DNA of 64,000 nucleotides. It comes from Escherichia coli (GTDB lineage: Bacteria > Pseudomonadota > Gammaproteobacteria > Enterobacterales > Enterobacteriaceae). The stretch lies in NCBI RefSeq assembly GCF_009931435.1, contig NZ_CP043414.1; one strand, given 5' to 3'. The notes below the pieces were generated by a model. It saw only the letters and a list, made by a program, of their open reading frames with translations. It was not told where the DNA came from and ran no database searches. The stretch's first letter is position 1. Every line of letters starts with the position of its first letter. Both the position numbers and the translations under genes were made by a program. Positions 42,635 to 56,269 of this stretch are shown here, piece by piece.

Positions 42635-43600
42635 TTGGTGATGATCAAAACGCGTTTTTCTCGCTGGCTAACGTTTTTTACGTTCGCCGCTGCCGTGGCG
42701 CTGGCGCTACCGGTAAAAGCCAACACCTGGCCGCTGCCGCCAGCAGGCAGTCGTCTGGTTGGCGAAAACAAATTTCATGTGGTGGAAAATGACGGTGGTT
42801 CTCTGGAAGCCATCGCCAAAAAATATAATGTCGGCTTTCTCGCTCTGTTACAGGCCAACCCCGGCGTTGATCCTTACGTGCCGCGCGCGGGTAGCGTGTT
42901 AACGATCCCGTTGCAAACCCTACTTCCAGATGCGCCGCGCGAAGGCATTGTGATCAATATTGCGGAACTGCGTCTCTATTACTACCCGCCGGGTAAAAAT
43001 TCGGTAACCGTGTATCCCATCGGCATTGGTCAGTTGGGTGGTGACACGCTGACACCGACAATGGTGACCACCGTTTCTGACAAGCGTGCAAACCCAACCT
43101 GGACGCCAACGGCAAACATTCGCGCGCGGTATAAGGCACAGGGAATTGAGTTGCCTGCGGTAGTTCCGGCTGGACCGGATAACCCAATGGGCCATCATGC
43201 GATTCGTCTGGCGGCCTATGGCGGTGTTTATTTGCTTCACGGTACGAACGCCGATTTCGGCATTGGCATGCGGGTAAGTTCTGGCTGTATTCGTCTGCGG
43301 GATGACGATATCAAAACACTCTTTAGCCAGGTCACCCCAGGTACCAAAGTGAATATCATCAACACCCCGATTAAAGTCTCTGCCGAACCAGACGGTGCGC
43401 GTCTGGTTGAAGTACATCAACCGCTGTCAGAGAAGATTGATGACGATCCGCAGCTGCTGCCAATTACACTGAATAGCGCAATGCAATCATTTAAAGATGC
43501 AGCGCAAACTGACGCTGAAGTGATGCAGCATGTGATGGATGTCCGTTCCGGGATGCCGGTGGATGTCCGCCGTCATCAAGTGAGCCCACAAACTTTGTAA
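42635..43600 (+). CDS. ldtC: L,D-transpeptidase LdtC/YcfS (LysM + YkuD)
   Basis: Signal peptide, LysM-like region, YkuD catalytic motif HGT…SSGCIRL. Confidence 0.85.
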   Translation: MVMIKTRFSRWLTFFTFAAAVALALPVKANTWPLPPAGSRLVGENKFHVVENDGGSLEAIAKKYNVGFLALLQANPGVDPYVPRAGSVLTIPLQTLLPDAPREGIVINIAELRLYYYPPGKNSVTVYPIGIGQLGGDTLTPTMVTTVSDKRANPTWTPTANIRARYKAQGIELPAVVPAGPDNPMGHHAIRLAAYGGVYLLHGTNADFGIGMRVSSGCIRLRDDDIKTLFSQVTPGTKVNIINTPIKVSAEPDGARLVEVHQPLSEKIDDDPQLLPITLNSAMQSFKDAAQTDAEVMQHVMDVRSGMPVDVRRHQVSPQTL

Positions 43601-43609
43601 ATCCTGGAT

Positions 43610-43650
43610 AAAAAAATCCCCGCGACACGGCATGTCGCGGGGAAAAAAAT
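43610..43650. terminator. Bidirectional terminator between convergent ldtC and bhsA
   Basis: Perfect stem CCCCGCGACA-cggca-TGTCGCGGGG flanked by A7/T7 runs on both sides. Confidence 0.75.
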
Positions 43651-43682
43651 CAGCAGTAGCAGGCATTAATGAGGGTTAATGC

Positions 43683-43940
43683 TTATTTATAAATTACTGC
43701 TGTTCCATGGAGGGTATTCGGACCGGTTACAGAAGTAATACGGAAAGATTTTGCGCCCATCTCATCCGCTTTTTGCGCCAGCTGCTCTTCCAGCGATCCC
43801 AGATTTGTCCCCGCGTTAGCACTGATAGTACCGACTTTTTGTTGGCCTTCTGGCGTTGACTGAACTTCGACAGCCGCAAAGCTGGCAAATGACATTGAGC
43901 TTAAAATCGCCGCAGCGATGAGGGTTTTTACGTTTTTCAT
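43683..43940 (-). CDS. bhsA: Multiple-stress resistance outer-membrane protein BhsA/YcfR (85 aa)
   Basis: YhcN-family small secreted protein with signal peptide; 85 aa; divergent from comR. Confidence 0.8.
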   Translation of the reverse strand: MKNVKTLIAAAILSSMSFASFAAVEVQSTPEGQQKVGTISANAGTNLGSLEEQLAQKADEMGAKSFRITSVTGPNTLHGTAVIYK

Positions 43941-44180
43941 AATAGTGGCCTTATGCAGATGAATGACGTCGCAAGCAATTACTTAACGATCGATAACTAA
44001 ATGATAGATGTGATCTGGATCACATACAAGATATTTTTTATAACAATCATTAATTAATTTAAAAATCTTTAAATTTCAGTTAAATAGAAAGCAATTATTT
44101 TTATGGTTTGTGGACTGGTGAACGGAGGTGATTATTTTTATAATAACCTTTCATTCACAGTCACCAGGTACAACGGCATC

Positions 44181-44813
44181 ATGGCAACTGACTCAACACA
44201 ATGTGTAAAAAAAAGCCGTGGCCGCCCAAAAGTGTTCGACAGGGATGCCGCGCTTGATAAGGCCATGAAATTGTTCTGGCAGCACGGTTATGAAGCGACT
44301 TCTCTTGCGGACCTCGTCGAAGCGACCGGAGCCAAAGCGCCCACGCTATACGCGGAATTTACCAACAAAGAGGGGTTATTCCGCGCCGTACTCGACCGCT
44401 ATATCGATCGTTTTGCCGCTAAGCATGAAGCACAGCTGTTTTGTGAAGAGAAAAGCGTGGAGTCTGCGCTGGCTGACTATTTTGCTGCCATCGCCAACTG
44501 CTTTACCAGCAAAGACACCCCGGCTGGCTGCTTTATGATCAACAACTGCACCACCCTCTCCCCGGATTCCGGAGATATCGCCAATACGCTGAAATCACGC
44601 CATGCGATGCAAGAGCGCACTTTGCAGCAGTTTTTATGTCAACGACAAGCGCGCGGGGAAATCCCGACCCACTGTGATGTGACGCATCTGGCTGAATTCC
44701 TTAATTGTATTATTCAGGGGATGTCGATCAGCGCACGCGAAGGTGCATCGCTGGAAAAACTGATGCAGATTGCCCGAACGACTTTGCGTTTATGGCCCGA
44801 ACTGGTGAAATAA
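44181..44813 (+). CDS. comR: TetR-family copper-responsive repressor ComR/YcfQ (210 aa)
   Basis: TetR N-terminal HTH (KAMKLFWQHGYEATSLADLVEATG); trimmed to 210 aa. Confidence 0.8.
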   Translation: MATDSTQCVKKSRGRPKVFDRDAALDKAMKLFWQHGYEATSLADLVEATGAKAPTLYAEFTNKEGLFRAVLDRYIDRFAAKHEAQLFCEEKSVESALADYFAAIANCFTSKDTPAGCFMINNCTTLSPDSGDIANTLKSRHAMQERTLQQFLCQRQARGEIPTHCDVTHLAEFLNCIIQGMSISAREGASLEKLMQIARTTLRLWPELVK

Positions 44814-44875
44814 GGCGCAAAAAAAAGCCCCTCAGCCTGAGCGAATGGGGGGCTAAATTGCAGAATACAGCCTTG

Positions 44876-45415
44876 TTATACTTTGTTATTCAAAATCAGT
44901 TGCCCGTTGCCATCTAACGGGATCTGCGTACCCGGATCGCGGTCCATGCGGATTTTGCCCTGCTGATCGCCAATCTTATAGGTCACATCATAACCGAGCA
45001 TTTTTTCTGACTTGTCATACACCGTTTTACAACGCTGTTGCGTAGTCGTGTAAGTATCGCTTTCCTGGAGAGAGCCCTGGATCTGGTTACCGGCATAGCC
45101 ACCTCCCAGCGCCCCCACAACAGTGGCGACATCTTTACCGCGACCACCGCCAAACTGATGCCCTATCACGCCGCCAGCAACAGCGCCGAGCACCGACCCG
45201 GTAATGCGATTTTCATCCTGCACCGGTCGACGATGGGTCACTGTGACGTTGCGACACTCCTGACGCGGTGTTTTAACCGTTTCCTTGATTGGGGTTGCAG
45301 AAACAACCTGAGCGTATTGCGGGCCACGTTCAAACACGTTCAGACTGGCCACTGCCGCTACGCCCAACGCAGCTGCGACACCAATCCCCATACCCGCCAA
45401 CATTGATTTATTCAC
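44876..45415 (-). CDS. ycfJ: YcfJ, glycine-zipper membrane/periplasmic protein (about 179 aa)
   Basis: Glycine-rich zipper (GAVAGGVIGHQFGGGRGKD); start assigned at an in-frame GTG. Confidence 0.7.
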   Translation of the reverse strand: MNKSMLAGMGIGVAAALGVAAVASLNVFERGPQYAQVVSATPIKETVKTPRQECRNVTVTHRRPVQDENRITGSVLGAVAGGVIGHQFGGGRGKDVATVVGALGGGYAGNQIQGSLQESDTYTTTQQRCKTVYDKSEKMLGYDVTYKIGDQQGKIRMDRDPGTQIPLDGNGQLILNNKV

Positions 45416-45542
45416 GGGAACACCTCCTTCTTTGCTGTTATGCCAATCATGCAAGTGAAGGAGAAAAGCAGCTATCAGACAGAAGATGAAAAGCGCGGGA
45501 ATGGCTGGAAATACTTAGGGATTCGGAGGAGTCTGAAGGAAT

Positions 45543-45631
<89 letters not shown>

Positions 45632-45641
45632 TACAAGCCGA

Positions 45642-46946
45642 TTAATGCAACTTCAAACGTGGACGGATAACGCGGTTAATACTCCCCACCAGCATCATTA
45701 ATCCGGTTTTAAAGTAACCATGCAGCGCAATCTGATGCATTCTGTATAGCGAGATGTATACAAAGCGCGCAATTCGTCCTTCAATCATCATTGAGCCGCG
45801 CGTCAGGTTACCCATCAGGCTACCGACGGTGGAGAAGTTCGACAGCGATACCAGAGAACCGTGATCTTTATACTGATAATTTTTCAGCGGCTTACCGTTC
45901 ATCTGCGCCAGAATGTTGTTCATTGCGCAGGTTGCCATCTGGTGTGCGGCCTGCGCACGCGGCGGAACAAAGCCCCCTTCCGGACGCGGGCATGACGCGC
46001 AGTCGCCAATAGCGTATATGTCTGGATCGCGAGTGGTTTGCAGCGTCGGTTCCACCACCAGCTGGTTGATACGGTTGGTTTCAAGACCACCGATATCTTT
46101 CAGGAAGTCTGGCGCTTTGATCCCGGCTGCCCACACCATCAGATCAGCCTCAATATATTCACCATCTTTAGTGTGCAGGCCGCCTTCATCAGCACTGGTG
46201 ACCATGGTTTGCGTCAGCACGCGAACGCCAAGTTTCGTTAACTCATTATGGGCCGCAGCAGAGATACGTGGCGGTAATGCAGGCAAAATACGTTCGCCCG
46301 CTTCTACCAGTGTTACGTTCAGGGCTTCGTTGGTCAGGCCTTTGTAACCATAGCTGTGCAGTTGCTTGACCGCGTTGTGCAATTCTGCGGAGAGTTCTAC
46401 ACCCGTCGCGCCGCCGCCGACAATCGCAATGTTCACTTTACCATTCGCGCCCAGGTTGGCGGAGTATTTCAGGAACAGATTCAGCATCTCCTGATGGAAA
46501 CGACGCGCCTGATGCGGGTTATCGAGGAAAATGCAGTTCTCTTTGACTCCTGGCGTATTGAAATCGTTAGAGGTGCTGCCCAACGCCATTACCAGGGTGT
46601 CATAGGCGATTTTACGTTCCGGAACCAGCAGTTCACCTTTCTCGTCGCGCAGTTCTGCAATAGTGATTGTTTTCGCTTCACGATCGATATCAATGACGGA
46701 ACCCAGCTGGAACTGGAAACCATGATTGCGCGCATGGGCCAGATAGCTCAACGCATCGACGCCTTCATCAAGCGAGCCAGTCGCCACTTCGTGCAGCAGC
46801 GGTTTCCACAAGTGGCTGTGGTTACGATCGACCAGCGTAATTTTGGCTTTTTTCTTGCGTCCCAGCTTATGTCCCAGCTGTGTCGCCATTTCCAGCCCAC
46901 CAGCACCGCCGCCGACAATCACAATTTTTTTCAATGGCGTAGTCAA
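45642..46946 (-). CDS. ndh: Type II NADH dehydrogenase (NDH-2), 434 aa
   Basis: FAD/NAD Rossmann motifs ([24 protein letters not shown]); start probably the TTG before TTPLKK. Confidence 0.9.
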
Positions 46947-47207
46947 CGTGACCCCCTTAAATTTATTAACCAATTGTTAACTAATGGTTATTAATATAGC
47001 TCTTAATTAACAACAGGTTACAGCAATGAAAATGTTCTTCGTTATTGAGAATAACATGAATGGTGCATTGGTCATACCAAAATTGATGTTAATCAAGTTT
47101 TGTTGCTGAAAAGATAGGCTGATTTACCGGATGAGATCAAAAAATACAGCTTATTGTTTATTATTTAAACGAATTCAGGAGGGTGAGACGTATATGGAGG
47201 GCGTTTG

Positions 47208-47290
47208 GTAGGCCTGATAAGACGCGAGCGGCGTCGCATCAGGCACATTGCCAGTGTCGGATGCGGCGTGAACGCCCTATCCGACCTACA
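47208..47290. repeat. REP/BIME elements (two units) between ycfP and ndh
   Basis: GTAGGCCTGATAAGACGCGAGCGGCGTCGCATCAGGC and TGCCAGTGTCGGATGCGGCGTGAACGCCCTATCCGACCTACA. Confidence 0.8.
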
Positions 47291-47351
47291 GAATTTACAG
47301 AATCTGGAACGCATCAGGTATCAGCAAGGTTACCTGATGCGACGAGGGCAT

Positions 47352-47894
47352 TTAACCGAGGGTTTTGAACGCTTTAATGCGCTGCAAATGCGGGGAGATA
47401 TTCTTGAATTTGTGCGTCTGCTCTTCGTCCCAGACAATCTCGTAATAATGATGCAACTCTTCAGATGTCCGCTGGCTGTTAAGCGCTTCATCGTTACGCG
47501 ACAAAATCACCAGACAGCGATCGCGATTCTTCTCGCGGAAGTTGGTCACACACTTAGTGGTAATATCGGCATACTCTTCCGGGCGATCAATCTTGCCTTC
47601 CATGTTCTCATAAGGGAACAAATTAGGATTGAAGATCACCTGGCGGATATCGCAAAGAAAACCAATTCGCTCCGCCCAGTATCCGCCCAGACCAACGCCG
47701 CATATCAGCGGACGCTCATCGACGTTTAGTTGCAGCATTTTGTCCACTTCTTTGAGCAGATGCTGCATATCATGTTTCGGATGCCGCGTACTGTAGCTTA
47801 TCAAGCGTACATCCGGGTCAATAAACTGCAATTGTAAGACTTTCTCGTGGTTACCCGGACTGTTAGAGTCAAAACCGTGTAAATAGATAATCAT
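47352..47894 (-). CDS. ycfP: UPF0227 alpha/beta-hydrolase-like protein YcfP (180 aa)
   Basis: ORF 47352..47951 trimmed to [18 protein letters not shown]… giving 180 aa. Confidence 0.8.
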   Translation of the reverse strand: MIIYLHGFDSNSPGNHEKVLQLQFIDPDVRLISYSTRHPKHDMQHLLKEVDKMLQLNVDERPLICGVGLGGYWAERIGFLCDIRQVIFNPNLFPYENMEGKIDRPEEYADITTKCVTNFREKNRDRCLVILSRNDEALNSQRTSEELHHYYEIVWDEEQTHKFKNISPHLQRIKAFKTLG

Positions 47895-47916
47895 CGCTTC
47901 CTCACATAAGCCAGGG

Positions 47917-49757
<1,841 letters not shown>

Positions 49758-49777
<20 letters not shown>

Positions 49778-50402
49778 CTTTACCTGACCAGATAATTTCG
49801 CCCGTCTGCACCAGCATTAGCTGCATTTGTAGGGTCGGAGCGTTAACGTTGCCAGAGGCGCTGGAGTACAGCACGTAATGAGCACCGACGTTGCGGGCAA
49901 TGCCTATGGCTTTACTACGGGTGCCTAAACTGTCCTGCGGCGACAAACCTAACTGTTGCTTAGCCATCGACAGTTGCTGGGCGGAAACCAGGGTAAATTT
50001 ACCGTTATTAGCCAGCGCATTTCGCAGCGTTTCGGTCGCTTCTGCGGCATTCAGCGAACCGTTAGTACGGTTGTTGACGCTATCAACCAGCAGGACGCTA
50101 CCCGCAGTCACGCCGTCAGCCCCAAGCATCTTACTGACCATCGGCTGCATTGCGCCATTCCAGTCATAATGGCGAATATGCGGCGCAGGCGGTGCGGTTT
50201 GATCTTCATGCTCAATTGGCCCTGGCTGCTGCGGGATCGTCGGCACCGAGGGCACTGTGGGCACAGGCTGTTGTGGCTCGGCAGGTTGTTCCGGCGCTGG
50301 TTTCACTTCTTCTACCGGTGCAGGTTCACGTTGCCCCACACACCCGGCGAGAAACATCGCCAGCGCGGCAATCAAAGCGTAGCGACTCATTTTTATCATC
50401 AA
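49758..50402 (-). CDS. lpoB: PBP1b activator lipoprotein LpoB (about 213 aa)
   Basis: Lipobox (LAGC), Pro/Gln-rich linker, C-terminal globular domain. Confidence 0.85.
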
Positions 50403-50412
50403 GATTCACCCC

Positions 50413-50790
50413 TTACAAATATAGATAAAGTCTGACTTTGTGCGCCCCCAGAAAATTGGCGCTGCCGTATAGCGTTACCGCCGAATGTGCGGGAATGGTA
50501 ACGCTGCGTGGCGTTTCCAGAGGATGCATCTCAAGTCCTCTGGCGTCATACCAGTAAAAACGATAATGAACGGTAACGGGTTCTTGCCTTTCGTTATAAA
50601 GCGTTGAGGATGCTGAAGGTTGAATATCAGACGTTGAAAGGACGGGCTTTTCTGCACTGATGCCCGCAGCCAATAAAGATGACTCCATCACCAGCGATTG
50701 CTCATCATTCACCGGAATTTCCGGATGTGAACGACAGCCCACCAGCACTAACAACGCCAGAGACACCAGCCCAAAGCATCCTTTTCTCAT
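50413..50790 (-). CDS. ycfL: Lipoprotein YcfL (125 aa)
   Basis: Lipobox (LVGC); length and synteny. Confidence 0.7.
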   Translation of the reverse strand: MRKGCFGLVSLALLVLVGCRSHPEIPVNDEQSLVMESSLLAAGISAEKPVLSTSDIQPSASSTLYNERQEPVTVHYRFYWYDARGLEMHPLETPRSVTIPAHSAVTLYGSANFLGAHKVRLYLYL

Positions 50791-50792
50791 CG

Positions 50793-51152
50793 TTACAGAC
50801 CTTTATGCGCCAGCATTGGTCCCAGCGGACGGCCACCCAACAAGTGCATATGGATGTGATACACCTCTTGTCCGCCATGGCGATTGGTGTTCATGATCAG
50901 ACGATAGCCATCTTCGGCAATACCTTCTTGCTCAGCAATTTTTGCCGCTACGGTGATCATGCGTCCCAGCGCCTGCTCATGCTCAGCAGACACGTCGTTC
51001 ACAGTCGGAATGAGGATATTTGGAATGATCAGAATATGCGTTGGCGCTTGCGGCGAAATATCGCGAAACGCCGTTACCAGATCATCCTGGTAGACGATAT
51101 CGGAGGGGATCTCACGACGAATAATTTTGCTAAATATAGTTTCTTCTGCCAC
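50793..51152 (-). CDS. hinT: Purine nucleoside phosphoramidase HinT (HIT family, 119 aa)
   Basis: HIT motif HIHMHLLGG; start assigned at GTG. Confidence 0.85.
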   Translation of the reverse strand: MAEETIFSKIIRREIPSDIVYQDDLVTAFRDISPQAPTHILIIPNILIPTVNDVSAEHEQALGRMITVAAKIAEQEGIAEDGYRLIMNTNRHGGQEVYHIHMHLLGGRPLGPMLAHKGL

Positions 51153-51364
51153 GACATTTTCCTTTTTCAAATAGCCATGCGTTGCGCCATGCTACGCCGC
51201 GCCATACTGCGAGTATAGAGTATGGTCGAGTTAAACCTGCTCTTTCAACCTTAACTCACGATTTCTTAAGCAAAAAATCGTTTTACTGCCGTATATATCG
51301 TCATTATTCCCATTTCTGCCTGCGAATTCGCTGAAAAGACATTCTCTGTTTGGTTTACACGCCA

Positions 51365-51416
51365 AATATGAATGCGTATATTTCTCATTTGCATTTACAT
51401 GCAAAATTATTCGCAC
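51365..51416 (+). promoter_or_regulatory. Candidate Fur-regulated promoter region of fhuE
   Basis: AT-rich stretch with imperfect Fur-box-like hexamers (AATATGAATGCGTATATTTCTCATT…TGCAAAATTATTCGCA) 70-120 bp upstream of fhuE; match not verified. Confidence 0.3.
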
Positions 51417-51485
51417 ACTATATATAACCGCTCATCATCCTCCTCCGGCATGAGCCTGACGACAACATAAACCAAGAGATTTCAA

Positions 51486-53675
51486 ATGCTTTCAACACAA
51501 TTTAACAGGGATAATCAACATCAAACCACCTCCAAACCGTCACTACTCGCCGGTTGCATAGCACTGGCACTCTTACCTTCCGCCGCTTTTGCTGCACCAG
51601 CCACTGAAGAAACGGTGATTGTTGAGGGTTCCGCCACTACTCCAGTTGATGACGAAAATGATTACAGCGTAACGTCTACCTCTGCGGGTACCAAAATGCA
51701 GATGACTCAACGTGATATTCCTCAGTCGGTCACTATTGTTAGTCAGCAGCGGATGGAAGATCAGCAGTTACAAACGCTGGGCGAAGTGATGGAAAACACG
51801 CTGGGGATCAGCAAAAGTCAGGCGGATTCCGATCGTGCTCTTTATTATTCCCGCGGATTCCAGATCGATAACTATATGGTTGATGGTATCCCCACCTATT
51901 TTGAATCGCGCTGGAATCTGGGCGACGCACTTTCTGATATGGCACTGTTTGAACGCGTAGAAGTAGTGCGTGGCGCGACAGGACTCATGACCGGTACGGG
52001 TAATCCATCTGCGGCAATTAATATGGTTCGAAAACACGCGACCAGTCGTGAATTTAAAGGCGATGTCTCGGCAGAATACGGTAGCTGGAACAAAGAACGG
52101 TATGTAGCGGATTTACAAAGTCCACTCACCGAAGATGGTAAAATCCGCGCGCGAATTGTCGGCGGCTACCAGAATAACGACTCATGGCTGGACCGCTACA
52201 ACAGTGAAAAGACCTTCTTCTCCGGCATTGTCGATGCTGATTTAGGCGATCTTACGACGCTTTCAGGCGGTTACGAATATCAGCGCATTGATGTTAATAG
52301 CCCAACCTGGGGCGGTTTACCGCGCTGGAATACTGATGGCAGCAGCAACAGTTACGATCGCGCACGCAGTACCGCACCTGACTGGGCGTACAACGATAAA
52401 GAGATCAACAAGGTCTTTATGACCCTGAAGCAGCGGTTTGCTGATACCTGGCAAGCGACACTGAATGCCACCCACTCCGAAGTCGAATTTGACAGCAAAA
52501 TGATGTATGTCGATGCCTATGTAAACAAAGCGGATGGTATGCTGGTTGGGCCATACAGTAATTATGGACCTGGCTTTGATTATGTCGGCGGCACCGGTTG
52601 GAACAGCGGCAAACGTAAAGTTGATGCGCTGGATTTGTTCGCTGACGGTAGTTATGAATTGTTTGGTCGTCAGCACAATCTCATGTTTGGTGGCAGTTAC
52701 AGCAAACAAAACAATCGTTACTTCAGTTCATGGGCCAACATCTTCCCGGATGAAATTGGCAGTTTCTACAACTTTAATGGCAATTTCCCACAAACCGACT
52801 GGTCACCACAGAGTCTGGCGCAGGACGATACCACACATATGAAATCGTTATATGCTGCCACTCGTGTCACCCTTGCCGATCCGCTGCATCTGATCCTTGG
52901 CGCACGTTATACCAACTGGCGGGTTGATACGCTGACTTACAGCATGGAGAAAAACCACACCACGCCTTATGCTGGTCTGGTGTTTGACATTAATGACAAC
53001 TGGTCGACCTACGCCAGCTATACCTCTATTTTCCAGCCGCAAAATGATCGTGACAGTTCAGGCAAATATCTGGCTCCAATCACCGGTAACAACTACGAGC
53101 TGGGTCTGAAATCGGACTGGATGAATAGCCGTCTGACCACCACGTTAGCCATCTTCCGTATTGAGCAGGATAATGTCGCTCAGTCCACCGGTACACCTAT
53201 CCCCGGCAGCAACGGCGAAACCGCCTATAAAGCGGTGGATGGGACAGTCAGTAAAGGTGTGGAATTTGAACTCAACGGCGCAATTACCGACAACTGGCAG
53301 CTGACGTTTGGCGCAACGCGCTATATTGCAGAAGATAACGAAGGAAACGCCGTTAATCCTAATCTGCCACGCACCACGGTTAAAATGTTCACCAGCTATC
53401 GGTTACCTGTCATGCCAGAGTTGACGGTCGGCGGTGGTGTTAACTGGCAAAATCGCGTGTATACCGACACCGTGACACCGTATGGCACCTTCCGCGCCGA
53501 GCAAGGTAGCTACGCGCTGGTGGATCTCTTCACCCGCTACCAGGTGACGAAAAACTTCTCGTTACAGGGGAACGTCAATAACCTGTTCGACAAAACCTAC
53601 GATACCAACGTGGAAGGTTCTATCGTCTACGGCGCACCGCGTAATTTCAGCATTACCGGCACGTATCAATTCTGA
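51486..53675 (+). CDS. fhuE: TonB-dependent outer-membrane siderophore receptor FhuE (729 aa)
   Basis: Signal peptide, TonB box region (ETVIVEG), plug and beta-barrel, C-terminal F. Confidence 0.9.
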   Translation: MLSTQFNRDNQHQTTSKPSLLAGCIALALLPSAAFAAPATEETVIVEGSATTPVDDENDYSVTSTSAGTKMQMTQRDIPQSVTIVSQQRMEDQQLQTLGEVMENTLGISKSQADSDRALYYSRGFQIDNYMVDGIPTYFESRWNLGDALSDMALFERVEVVRGATGLMTGTGNPSAAINMVRKHATSREFKGDVSAEYGSWNKERYVADLQSPLTEDGKIRARIVGGYQNNDSWLDRYNSEKTFFSGIVDADLGDLTTLSGGYEYQRIDVNSPTWGGLPRWNTDGSSNSYDRARSTAPDWAYNDKEINKVFMTLKQRFADTWQATLNATHSEVEFDSKMMYVDAYVNKADGMLVGPYSNYGPGFDYVGGTGWNSGKRKVDALDLFADGSYELFGRQHNLMFGGSYSKQNNRYFSSWANIFPDEIGSFYNFNGNFPQTDWSPQSLAQDDTTHMKSLYAATRVTLADPLHLILGARYTNWRVDTLTYSMEKNHTTPYAGLVFDINDNWSTYASYTSIFQPQNDRDSSGKYLAPITGNNYELGLKSDWMNSRLTTTLAIFRIEQDNVAQSTGTPIPGSNGETAYKAVDGTVSKGVEFELNGAITDNWQLTFGATRYIAEDNEGNAVNPNLPRTTVKMFTSYRLPVMPELTVGGGVNWQNRVYTDTVTPYGTFRAEQGSYALVDLFTRYQVTKNFSLQGNVNNLFDKTYDTNVEGSIVYGAPRNFSITGTYQF

Positions 53676-53734
53676 ATAACACCTGTAAAAAAGGCAGCCA
53701 TCTGGCTGCCTTAGTCTCCCCAACGTCTTACGGA

Positions 53735-55168
53735 TTAGTGGTTACGGATGTACTCATCCATCTCGGTTTTCAGGTTATCGGATTTAGTACCGAAAATCGC
53801 CTGAACACCAGAACCAGCAACCACTACGCCCGCTGCGCCCAGTTTCTTCAGGCCAGCCTGATCCACTTTAGACACATCAGCAACGCTGACGCGCAGACGG
53901 GTAATACATGCGTCGAGGTTAGTGATGTTTTCTTTACCACCAAACGCAGCAACCAGAGCCGGTGCCATTTCGCTGGTACCTGTCGCTTTTGCATCATCAG
54001 TCGCGTCTTCACGACCCGGCGTTTTCAGATCCAGTGCTTTAATCAGCACGCGGAAGATGGTGTAGTAAACAATTGCATAACCGATACCGACGATCGGGAA
54101 CAGCCACAGTTTGCTGCTGTTACCAGACAGAACGATGAAGTCGATCAGACCGTGCGAGAACGACGTACCGTCACGCATCCCCAGAAGAATACAGATAGGG
54201 AATGCCAGGCCTGCCAGAATCGCGTGGATGATGTACAGGATCGGCGCAACGAACATGAAGGAGAACTCGATAGGCTCGGTGATACCGGTCAGGAACGAGG
54301 TCAGCGCCGCGGAGATCATGATACCGCCCACTTTCGCGCGGTTTTCCGGTTTAGCAGAGTGCCAGATAGCAATTGCGGCAGCTGGCAGACCGTACATTTT
54401 GAACAGGAAGCCGCCAGACAGTTTACCCGCAGTCGGGTCACCCGCCATATAACGCGGAATGTCGCCGTGGAAAACCTGACCTGCAGCGTTGGTGTATTCA
54501 CCAATCTGCATCTGGAAAGGTACGTTCCAGATGTGGTGCAGACCAAACGGTACCAGGCAACGTTCGATGAAACCGTAAATGCCAAACGCAACTACCGGGT
54601 TCTGGTAAGCAGCCCACTGAGAGAAGGTCTGGATTGCAGAACCAATAGGCGGCCAAATGAAGGACAGCACAACGCCAGTAAAGATGGCAGCCAGGCCTGA
54701 AATGATCGGCACAAAGCGTTTACCGGCAAAGAAGCCAAGATACTCAGGCAGCTTAATACGGTAGAAACGGTTAAACATGTACGCTGCGATCGCACCGGAG
54801 ATGATCCCCCCGAGTACGCCAGTATCCGCCAGGTGTTTAGAGGCGATTTCTTCAGCAGGTAAATGCAGTACCAGTGGCGCAACCACGGCCATGGTTTTAA
54901 CCATGATGCCATAGGCAACAACTGCGGCCAGCGCGGATACGCCATCGTTATTGGTAAAGCCGAGGGCGACACCGATCGCAAAAATCAGTGGCATGTTTGC
55001 AAAGACGGAACCGCCTGCTTCTGCCATAACATGCGATACAACGGCGGGCAGCCAGCTGAAATTCGCGGAACCGACGCCCAGCAGAATACCTGCGATAGGC
55101 AGTACGGATACCGGCAGCATCAGCGATTTACCGACCTTTTGCAGGTTAGCAAATGCATTCTTAAACAT
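53735..55168 (-). CDS. ptsG: Glucose-specific PTS enzyme IICB, PtsG (477 aa)
   Basis: EIIC membrane domain plus EIIB domain ([10 protein letters not shown]); 477 aa. Confidence 0.95.
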
Positions 55169-55200
55169 AATTGAGAGTGCTCCTGAGTATGGGTGCTTTT
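55169..55200 (-). promoter_or_regulatory. ptsG 5'-UTR/SD region, the known SgrS sRNA pairing site
   Basis: Minus-strand sequence AAAAGCACCCATACTCAGGAGCACTCTCAATT immediately precedes the ATG and matches the ptsG leader. Confidence 0.6.
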
Positions 55201-55461
55201 TTACGTTCTCACGCGTGGCAAGGGGGGAGAGCCTCGCCGTGTACAGGGCATCTAAGCGCCCTTTATTTATTACACAGAGTAAAATAATTCAGTGCCGATT
55301 TGTTTGACGGCTATCACGTTTCAACTTCAGATCATTGGAGAAGTTGCACATTTTGACAAAACATATGTCACAATATTTCAAACGTGGTTATTCACCGCCC
55401 AATTTTCGGCGGTGAACTTTACTCGTTTTAGCCATTAATTACGAGCTTTAAAAAAACTCAT

Positions 55462-56259
55462 TCAAAGGATGGATTGAAGGCGGGAAGCGTCGATGTGAAA
55501 CAGACGGGCGAAGTTATCGGTGGTTACCTGCGCCAGTTCTTCAACGGCAACACCTTTCAACACAGCCATGTATTCTGCAACGTCACGAACCATCGCAGGT
55601 TGATTCTCTTTTCCTCGATGCGGAACCGGTGCAAGGTAAGGTGAGTCAGTTTCTACCAGTAACCGATCGAGGGGGACATAACGCGCGGCATCGCGCAGTT
55701 GCTCCGCATTACGGAAGGTCACAATGCCGGAAAAGGAGATGTAAAATCCGAGATCCAGTAATTTACCCGCCGTTTCTCTGTCCTCTGTAAAACAGTGTAG
55801 TACGCCACCACAATCCGTCACTTTTTCTTCGCGCAGAATTGCCAGCGTATCGGCGCGGGCGTCACGGGTGTGGACGATAACCGGCTTGTTCAGTTCACGA
55901 CCAATCTGGATATGATGGATGAAGGACTCTTGCTGCCGTACTTTAGTTTCCGGCGTGTAATAATAATCCAACCCGGTTTCACCCAGCGCAACAACGCCCT
56001 CTTCTGCCGCCAGACGGCGTAAATCTTCTACATCGTAGGGATCATTCTGGTTGAGTGGATGCACGCCACAAGAAAATACGACGTTGTCACGTTCGCCTAC
56101 CAGATCCCGCATGTGTAAATAACCCGGTAATGTTGTGGCGACTGCCAGACAAAATTTCACATCGCGTGCGGCGGCTTTCGCCAGAACGTCATCCACGTCC
56201 TTATGCAAAGATTCATAATCCAGACCATCGAGATGGCAGTGTGAGTCGACTAAAAACAT
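55462..56259 (-). CDS. ycfH: TatD-family metal-dependent DNase YcfH (265 aa)
   Basis: TatD signature ([11 protein letters not shown]…); trimmed to 265 aa. Confidence 0.85.
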   Translation of the reverse strand: MFLVDSHCHLDGLDYESLHKDVDDVLAKAAARDVKFCLAVATTLPGYLHMRDLVGERDNVVFSCGVHPLNQNDPYDVEDLRRLAAEEGVVALGETGLDYYYTPETKVRQQESFIHHIQIGRELNKPVIVHTRDARADTLAILREEKVTDCGGVLHCFTEDRETAGKLLDLGFYISFSGIVTFRNAEQLRDAARYVPLDRLLVETDSPYLAPVPHRGKENQPAMVRDVAEYMAVLKGVAVEELAQVTTDNFARLFHIDASRLQSIL

Positions 56260-56269
56260 GATGTTTCTC

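Noticed and set aside
46356-46994. 212-aa plus-strand ORF antisense to ndh
   Set aside because: Shadow ORF within ndh.
53738-54700. 320-aa plus-strand ORF antisense to ptsG
   Set aside because: Shadow ORF opposite ptsG; Arg-rich, no domain features.
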